The translations under genes and the position numbers were made by a program. A stretch of 64,000 nt of DNA, from the NCBI RefSeq assembly GCF_009914755.1, contig NC_060925.1; one strand, written 5' to 3'. This document shows, in pieces, positions 48,288 through 64,000 of the stretch; within the stretch, counting starts at the first letter, position 1; every line of letters begins with the position of its first letter. This stretch comes from the human T2T-CHM13v2.0 reference genome, Homo sapiens. The notes beneath the pieces are model-generated. The model was not told where the DNA came from. It made no database searches and saw only the letters and a list, made by a program, of their open reading frames with translations.

Positions 48288-48582
48288 AGCCGGGTGCAGT
48301 GGCTCATGCCTGTACTCCTAGCACTTTGGGAGGCTTGAGGCAGGCGGATCACCTGAGGTTGGAAGTTTGAGACCAGCCTGGCCAACATGTTGAAACCCCA
48401 TCTCCACTAAAAATACTAAATTAGCCAGGCGTGGTGGCAGGCACCTGTAACACCAGCTACTTGGGAAGCTGAAGCAGGAGAATCAGTTGAACCAGGAGGC
48501 AGAGGTGGCAGTGAGCTGAGATCGCACCACTGCACTCCGGCCTGGGCGACAAAACAAGACTCTCTCAGAAAAAAAGAGAAAG
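48288..48582 (+). mobile_element. AluS
   Basis: Full dimer. Confidence 0.92.
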
Positions 48583-48597
48583 ACGCCACACGACAGA

Positions 48598-49050
48598 ATT
48601 GGGTTGCAGATATCAGAAATCTAACTATAAAATTAGATTGAGTGTAAAAGGGAATATCCTAGTTCGTGAGGCTCAGGATAATGGAGTAGCTCATAGGATC
48701 AAGGGATTGATCAGGACCTACAGGACCTGGGCTTCTGGGACTGGAAAGAGAAATGTTTCACTTCATGTTTGCTCATGAATGCTCACAATGGCTCCGTCTC
48801 CCACCCACCCTCAGCCCATGTATTGCCATTTCTCTGTCTCTGCTCGTTTTTATCCTCTTTCACTGCAGATAGACTTCTGCACATGGTGAAGTTGGCCACC
48901 TCCTCTACCCTGCAACCTGCACGCATACATACCTTCATATCCCTCTAGGACTTGACCTCTGAGGCAAGGCTATTCCTCTCCAGGCTCCAAATCAAGAAAT
49001 CCCAGGGAAGAACTCCAAGGGCCAGAAATGTTAATGGAAGAAAAGTGTTG
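48598..49050 (-). mobile_element. Old MLT1-type LTR remnant
   Basis: ttgggttgcagatatcagaaatctaact..aaaagggaat; caaatcaagaaatcccagggaagaactc. Confidence 0.45.
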
Positions 49051-49705
49051 GGAAGTCTTGCAGAGGAGATAAATAACAGTAGCTACTGCAGCCTATTACA
49101 TAAACTATAGTCAATTTTACTTTGAGAAAAGGAAGTTTAGAAAGATCATTTGCCTTGCCCAAATCACTAAGTCAGTGAAAATCAAAACCAAAAAAACTCA
49201 AAAATAGTAATATTTAAGACCATACCATAGTCACTCATTTACTAAGGAATTTCCTAGAAAAATTTAGTTTAGGTTTTAGCTCTATACATTTGCACTGAAC
49301 TTTCTCCCTCATGGAAAAAAAAAAGTTAGTTTTATAAAAATAACTTCATGAGTCTGTAGTAAAACAATGGTGAAAGAAATATAATTTTTCCTATTGCAGA
49401 CAGACGGTTGAGACTTTTTTGCATTTATGTCATTCAAACATGATTGTTACAAACTTTAAACTTGGTAGCAATGTACTCCCAAAGGAGGAAGGGAAAAAAA
49501 TCAAGCCAATCTAAAGCCATGAAGATTTAAATAATGTATTTAAGAAAAAAACACAAAATAGAACATTTATGGTTTTTTGCAAGAACTTGGACTTACAGCT
49601 TCCTGATGCGAAAAAAAAAATCATTTAAGAATTCTACTTTAGCAAACAATTACTTTTTTTGAAAATGTGCCTTCTACTTAACCCCAGAAAAATATATAAT
49701 AATGA

Positions 49706-51945
<2,240 letters not shown>

Positions 51946-52536
51946 TCAAGCAGGACAAAAGGATGTTGCAAAAATAAGAAAACATTAGTAGCTCATATGT
52001 AAAGGTCAGATCTTGATAAAACATGAGCTCTCTGTTTTTCCATGTCCTTTTGCAATAAATGTTAAATCTGAAACTGCGTAGAATAGAGAGATTAAACCTG
52101 GTTTCCCTTCACTCATAATTCCATTTAAGCAGATAAGTGGTAAAAATAAAATCAGAGAAATCCAGTTCCATTCTCCATTTTGGACACTAAATAAGTCCAC
52201 CCACACCATTTTGCCATAAGTAGATTACTTACAAAATGCTAAATTCCAAATCTCAATATGGAGATTCCCCCAAACCATCTGAATCTACTTTCACCTGTCA
52301 CTTTCTACTGGGACTCAAAACTGGTGACATCCTAGAATGAGTTCTTGTTTTAACAGAAACATACGTAATGCCTCTGGCTAGGGTCAGAATCTTGCTTTAG
52401 AATGGGTTTCCTTATGTCTCATTGTATGCTGGTTCTGTGTAGTAACTTACTTCTCTATTCTGAATTCCTGACTAGTGGGGATTAACATATATCATGATAA
52501 TTTTGATGATAAGTATGATGAGAATAATGAAGACAG

Positions 52537-53221
<685 letters not shown>

Positions 53222-54737
53222 TTACTATTTTGCAGCTAATGTACTCTAATAAGCTTTTAAAAAAAGAAACCATGAAGTAATCCAGTACTTAACATGGTGC
53301 CCATTCACCCCACTTTCTTGGCTCTATCTTGGAGGTACTCACTGGGTCTCACTGCATTTTGCCCTCATCTCTGTAACTTGGCAGCATCAACCCTCATTCA
53401 CAGCCTCTTCCATCAAGTAACCATTGCCTTTTCTTAAAGGCAAAGGCAATCTTATAAATTTACTTGATAGTATTTCTTCTTTTTAGAAGCTTAACTATGG
53501 TGCATTTTATTAGGATGGATATTGTTACTGTCACTGCTTTGGTTACAAAGCTGCATAGGCCTTGAATGAACTGCTTCAAACCTGTTTTTTCCATAAATCC
53601 TCTTACTTTTAGTGCACAAGTCTGAAGAATGAGTGGCTTGTTGTTCCTGCACATACTGCAGAAACATCATCCAATATCCATACAGTCTCATTCAGTTCTT
53701 GCCACTATTTCATGGCATAGATATTATTCCCATTAGCTGATGGAAGGAAACCAAGGCTCAGAGAACTTAAGTAACTTGCCCAAAATGAGGAGGCAAGATG
53801 CCTTTGAGTCATTATATACACCTCACTTATTACCTTGCCTCATCAACCTCTATTCAATTAGTCCTTGCAGCCTTAAAGAGGACCAAAGTGAAAACACAGG
53901 CAGTTGAGTCATGGGGAGGTCAGGGCAGTGATCTGCACTGCTGTTCTCCAAGATTGACAGCACTTCCTTTCCATTTATCCTGGAAGATATCCCAGAATTT
54001 TTTTTTATTGTTCCAGAAAAAGGCCCATAAAAATAAATTAAATATGTGGGTCAGCTGCAGCAAGCTACTGATAATGTCACATGAGGGAGGCTGTGGAGTT
54101 CTGTACAGGGAAAAAAAGGACAGACCAGGCCTGATCTGGTCCTGGCTTTATGGTAGAGTGATATATAGCACATTCCAGAAGAAAAAAGTTGGATGTTGAA
54201 AATTCAAATAAAAGGCAATCCCAGAAAAGATTTTCTATCATCTATTCAGTTCTTTTTAGAAACTGAATGTGATTTCTCACAGATGAAAATAGTGCATTTT
54301 AAAAAAGAAATTGTGTTACACAACAGGATCCTATTTTTATCAAAATAGAATACACACACAAAACCTTTAGATGATAAACATCAAGATATTAATGGTAATT
54401 ATTCATCTCTAAGTGGTAGAATTATAGTGTTTTTTTCTTTTTGCTAATTTTATGAACTCTCTAAAATAGATCAGCATAATTTTTCTAACAAGAAGTTATA
54501 AAAGTTACTTTTGAAAACAAATTTTTAGGATAATTTGTGATTTTCTTTTCTGGAAACAATTGATTTTATAACTGGGACAAATATTCATAATTGTTTCCAG
54601 GTAGAACAGCCTTTTAAAGATTGATGTCACTCAGCATTGCTGTCCTCCTTATAAAATGTCACAGACTCACATTGATTTTTTTTTTCTATTCTCTCATTTC
54701 AGCTTTTCACAACTCTGCTTCTCTCACTTTCCCATGC

Positions 54738-55046
<309 letters not shown>

Positions 55047-55652
55047 TCCGTGCCTTTTATCTCATCCACAATCACTGGTTCTCGGTCCATTCTGCGTTGC
55101 CCTACTTTGGGCTGCTTTTCACTTCTCACCCTCCCTCATGCATAACTGCTTGCCTGGAACCCGCCACCTCTGTGCTGACTCTTGCATTCTCTTCCACCAT
55201 ATGATGCCAGCGTCCACACCTAATTGCACACTCCTGTAGTTTTTCACATCTTTTTTATTACCTTGTTCCTCCCAACATAACAGGGACTATTGTCTGCTTC
55301 TAAGGAAATCATGTCGTTTGGGCTTCCTGGCAGCAACAATAAGAAGACAAGATTCCCCCTAGAAAATTATGCACAAAACAACAACAAATCCGTGTTTGTA
55401 AGGTTCTTTCTGATGCCTTTCTCTCATTAGTTCCTAAGTTGCAGCAGCAATATGATCATACCTAAAAATCAGGAGACGGTAGACACAAAAGGTTATTGTA
55501 AACTATGTGCCCCCAATCCCGAAACTTTTCCTTTCTTTTTATTGTCTATTATGGGTGAATTACAATAATATACAGACCTACTATCACTAGTAGCTTTGTA
55601 AGTTCCATGGAAGATTGCTATAAATCCCCAGAGCTTGTCTGCAATTACATCT

Positions 55653-56033
55653 TAATGTAGATTGGCTTTGTGACCCTGCCCAAACCACGTGTTGAATTGT
55701 AATCCCCAGTGTTGGAAGAGGGGCATGGTGGGAGGTGACTGGATCATGGGGGCGGATTTTCCCCTTGCTGTTCATATGATAGTGAGTGAGTTCTTATGGT
55801 ATCTGGTTGTTTAAAAGTGTGTGGCACCTCCCGCTGCTCTCTCTTCCTACTTCTCCAGCCATGTAAGACGTGCCTCCTCCCCTTTGCCTTCCACCATGAT
55901 TGTAAGTTTCCTGAGGCCTCCCCAGCCATGCCTCCTGTACAGCCTGAGGAACTGTGAGCCAATTAAACCTTTTCTTTAAAAATTACCCAGTCTCAGATAG
56001 TTCTTTATAGCTCTGTGAGAATGGACTAATATA
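55653..56033 (+). mobile_element. MST (MaLR) solo LTR
   Basis: Same family as 15038-15415; imperfect TSD catct / aatct. Confidence 0.9.
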
Positions 56034-56039
56034 AATCTA

Positions 56040-58494
56040 CTTCCATCCATGAATGCTTGTGGTGTATATCTTCCACCCTTTGACACAATTGTATTTACTA
56101 GGGCATCCAAAGTTCTCACCAATTCCTGCTGAGTCAAAATGGGCCTGATGTCATTAATTCAATAAATCGGCATCATGTTCTGCTTCCACAGATGATTGAG
56201 ATGGTCAAGTTCCCTGTGGGCTACGTAGTAACAGAAACAAGAGTTGACACAGCAAAACGGTGCCAAGGTAGTGACTATGTCCGGCTGCCTTGTAAAAAGA
56301 AGTTGGTTTTAAAATTTTCTTTACTGATGGTGATGAGAAAGAACACATTCACTCCATCAACAGTTGCATTCCAAGTGCCAGGGTCTGTTAATCTATTCTA
56401 GTAAAGATGCAGCATCTGGAAAAAACAGCTGCAACTGGGTGCCCCCATCTCCACCTACCTTAATCCACCTGGTGCTCACTAGAGGCATGCAGGTGAATTG
56501 AATAGAGATTTGGTGGAGGCCACTACCCTCGCATCCCTTTGCCTACCTCTGCAGTTCCTTCTGGGATACAGTATTGCCTTGGTTTACTATGTTGCCTGGA
56601 GGAGAGCAGTTTCAGGCACCTTCACTTGGCTCTTCCCTCTATAATAGCTCTTACTCCATAGGTCAGGTATTTAATGTAAGATTCTACCTGCTGTTAATTT
56701 GCATCCTAATTACACAGTTGGGAACCAGGGTAATAACCACAGGAGGGGGCTGGAGACTTACTGGACCACTGTCAGACTTGAGCCAGGATTTCATTTATTG
56801 CCTTGTTTCCATAAGCTTCCACTATAACTGGGGGATCATAATGGTGTTTTGAGTGCCCTCTATCCAATAGCTCTCAAAAGGCTGAGCATTCCCTTTTCTC
56901 CTCTGTATCCTTTTTTTGGTACATGACCACAGGTCCATTTAGGGAAGGAATAAGAGAAATAATGTCTATTCCTGTAGTGTCATTATAGAGTCCTTTCTCA
57001 AAGGGACCCAGACTCTCCTTCAATTGATGGCCTCTGGGAGTGAGAACTGATTCAGACCTGAGGGGTCATGATTTTCCACTTCTGCAATTGATGTAGGTTC
57101 ACCAAGCTCTCAAGTTTTTCTTGTTATATAAGTGAAGTAACTTCTTAGTCATTTGCCTACCTACCTTGTCCCTCCAGGATCACTATGGTCTATTTGTTAG
57201 CCATTGCCACAAAACCTTTTGAGAGGAGACACCTGGCTGAGATTTCAACCTTGCTGCCTGTTTCTGTTACATCCACCTTGCCTTTTGTTAAGTGCTACCA
57301 CCTGGACCGTGCTATTCTGGAATTGTCACCATCACTGATACTACTAGAGTCTTACAGTTACCTCTGCCCTATGGAGGATAGCCAAAACTGGGCTTCTCAA
57401 AGATGTGTGCACCCCTCTCAGCAGCTCATCCTTATTGCTTCCATGGAAGGAATATTCCTTAGACCACATGCTTAGGGAACAGGTTCTCTGTATCACATAA
57501 TAAATCCATTCCTATATTTCCATCTCCCCAAGCTTTCTAACCTCTTCCTCAGAACTCCGCAAGACAGCTGGAGTACCTCTGGCCTTACTGCAGGTCACCA
57601 TCATGTTCAATTTTTAGGGAGCAATCCCAGCACATCCTGGGACTGGCTCAGATGTCCTTGCTAGTACGTGAAACTCCTCATCGTAGGAGGATGCTCTTAT
57701 ATCAATGAACTCTCACCTACCCAGCCTTAGATGCTACCCTCTCTAGCCCACCTCCCTCAAGATCCACCTGTCTGTACACCTTCTCATTTCCTGCCGGTTC
57801 ATATTAGCCAGCTCTTGAGGCAATGAAGGGAGCCAGGCATGGGTCCTAAAAAGGACACTCACCATTTTGTGAGGCAACAGCCTCAGGCGAGGTTTTTGAA
57901 GGGTCTTTTGGAGAGGAGAGGCTCCTCTCCGCCAGTGTGAGATAGTGAGCTACTTCTGCTAACCTCGACAGTTCAGGAGGGCCCGGGGCCTCAAGATTCT
58001 CTGGTTCATCCACTCCAATGCCCCCTTTCTATGTCCCAGAGTGTAACCCTGGGAGACCCATCAAAGTTGTGCATTCATTATCCGTTGTAGCACTGCTGTC
58101 CTGGGCCCCAGTTACAGAAGACAAGAGCCCTTTAAAATGCCTCCATGAAGGCATGTCTTAAGACAGCATGCCTTGAGTTGATAGTTGACTAACCTGAGCC
58201 TATCATTTTCTTTTTCAAGGTTTCTAATTCTGTTAACAAGACCCAGCCAACTCCACATTCATATAATACACATTGTTACCAGGCTGTTCAAGGACCATTA
58301 CTATGACATAATACAACGCTTCAGCATTCACCGGCGTCTCACCTTCGTCCGTCACTGGGTGAATTCTTAGGGATTAGGATGCTGCTGTAAACCGGTAGTA
58401 ATTAACCACTTAACACCAGTCACGGGTTCTTATCTGTGATAAGGACTGTTAAAGGACCCTGAAAGTTTCCTTTTTAGGGTCACTTCGGTACAAC
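56040..58494 (-). mobile_element. Decayed ERVL-type internal region (ERV3-16A3/HERV16-like): gag/pro relic plus RT fragment
   Basis: The minus strand at ~56438 reads PVAAVF/PDAASLLE*IN (ERVL RT PIAAAVPDVVSLLEQIN). A PBS-like cacttcggtacaac abuts the LTR. Confidence 0.75.
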
Positions 58495-59170
<676 letters not shown>

Positions 59171-59604
59171 AGCTGCTGCCGGCCTCACCTGCACTTCATT
59201 GCTGGTGAAGTTCTTAGTGATTAGGATACTGCTGTAAGCTAGCCCCACCTGTCCCCACTGACACCAGCCACATCAATGGCTAGAGTAAAAAGGTGAGCTG
59301 AGCGGATGGAAGATGCCGTACAAGATGTGTCTGATAAGTTGCCTCTGACAGAACATTGCCTGATATTATTCTCTTTGCCCAAACCTTCTATTTCATTTAT
59401 CCGTCATTCTGATTCGCCTCTGGACACAGTCTCAACAGGGAATCTTCCTCTATCTGTAAAGATTAACCCAACAACACTCTTAATATCTAATAGCACTATT
59501 CATCCAGTTCCTCTGCAATTTCCTTTGTGAATTATCAGATGACTCTTTCCTTATGTTGTGTCTTACATTATTTAACTTATAAATTACAGTAAAGTGATAA
59601 CGTT

Positions 59605-63293
<3,689 letters not shown>

Positions 63294-63624
63294 TGAGGCA
63301 AATTCTTCTTTCTCAGATGAAAAGAACTAATAAGCATATAAGTTTCTCCGTTATAAGGAAGGAGACTTAGCCCAGAAAAATTAGGCCTAAAAATATCAGC
63401 AGTATTAATAACATGGTAATTGTGAATGACTTCATATAATCCCAGGTCAAAAGGAAAAACATATCTTCTCTCACCCTGAGAATGTTCTTTTTATATTTTG
63501 AACGTCCTTTTCTGTATGAATGGTATGGCAGAGAAGCAAAATCCTGTTTAAACGTCCTATAAACTTTTAATATCACCCATCTACAAAGACAAGACTTAAA
63601 ATCTCTCCAATTTTTGACACAGAC

Positions 63625-63897
63625 CTTTTTAATTTTTAATTTATTTATTTTTGAGACATAATCTTGCTCTATCACCCAGACTGGAGTGCAGTGGCAGGAT
63701 CATGGCTCCTTGTAGCCTCAACTTCCCAGGCTCAAGTGACCCTCCTTGCCTCAGCCTCCCAAGAAGCTGAGACTACAGGCATGTGCCACCATCCTCGGCT
63801 ATTTTTTTTTTTAATCTTTTGTGGAGACGAGTTCTCACTGTGTTGCCAGGACTGTTCTCAAGCTCCTGGGCTCAAGCGATCCTCCCTCTGCCTCCCA
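63625..63897 (-). mobile_element. AluJ, truncated at its 5' end
   Basis: Diverged reverse dimer. Confidence 0.88.
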
Positions 63898-64000
63898 GTG
63901 GAGGTGGTGCAGAAACAAGAAGACCAGTCCTGAAGTCAATAAAGTAATCTGGGAAAGAGATGATAATTAGTTTGGACCACAGTTGTAGCAAGAGAGATGG

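Overview
Primate, almost certainly human, genomic DNA holding the 5' end of CDC42BPA (MRCK-alpha, a DMPK-family kinase) on the minus strand. The only supportable coding sequence is coding exon 1: ATG at 19538, 178 nt to a GTAAGT donor at 19360. It sits behind a long leader containing many upstream ATGs that runs into a CpG-island promoter (~20100-21450). Positions 1-19360 are intron 1. Positions ~21500-64000 are upstream DNA packed with Alu, L1, L2, MIR, MaLR/ERV LTRs, a near full-length nested Tigger1 and two tandem decayed ERVL-type (LTR16) proviral relics. Nearly all other ORFs in the track derive from Alu, LTR or GC-rich sequence. I see no new gene system. The most unusual signal is a recurring set of copy-and-paste scars that transposition does not explain. 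(i) A 370-bp foreign, exon-like fragment is captured inside an Alu between one pair of target-site duplications (7605-8356). (ii) A 47/48-identical 48-bp copy of 30318-30365 is pasted into an L1 fragment at 29401. (iii) A ~195-bp LTR/Alu-junction copy from 40242 is pasted into the linker of an Alu at 43358. (iv) An older ~128-bp duplication links 12149 and 15564, next to a tandem duplication. The leader also pairs about 15 uATGs with two ATF4-type motifs and candidate splice sites. Repeat subfamily names come from recall of consensus sequences, and repeat boundaries are approximate.
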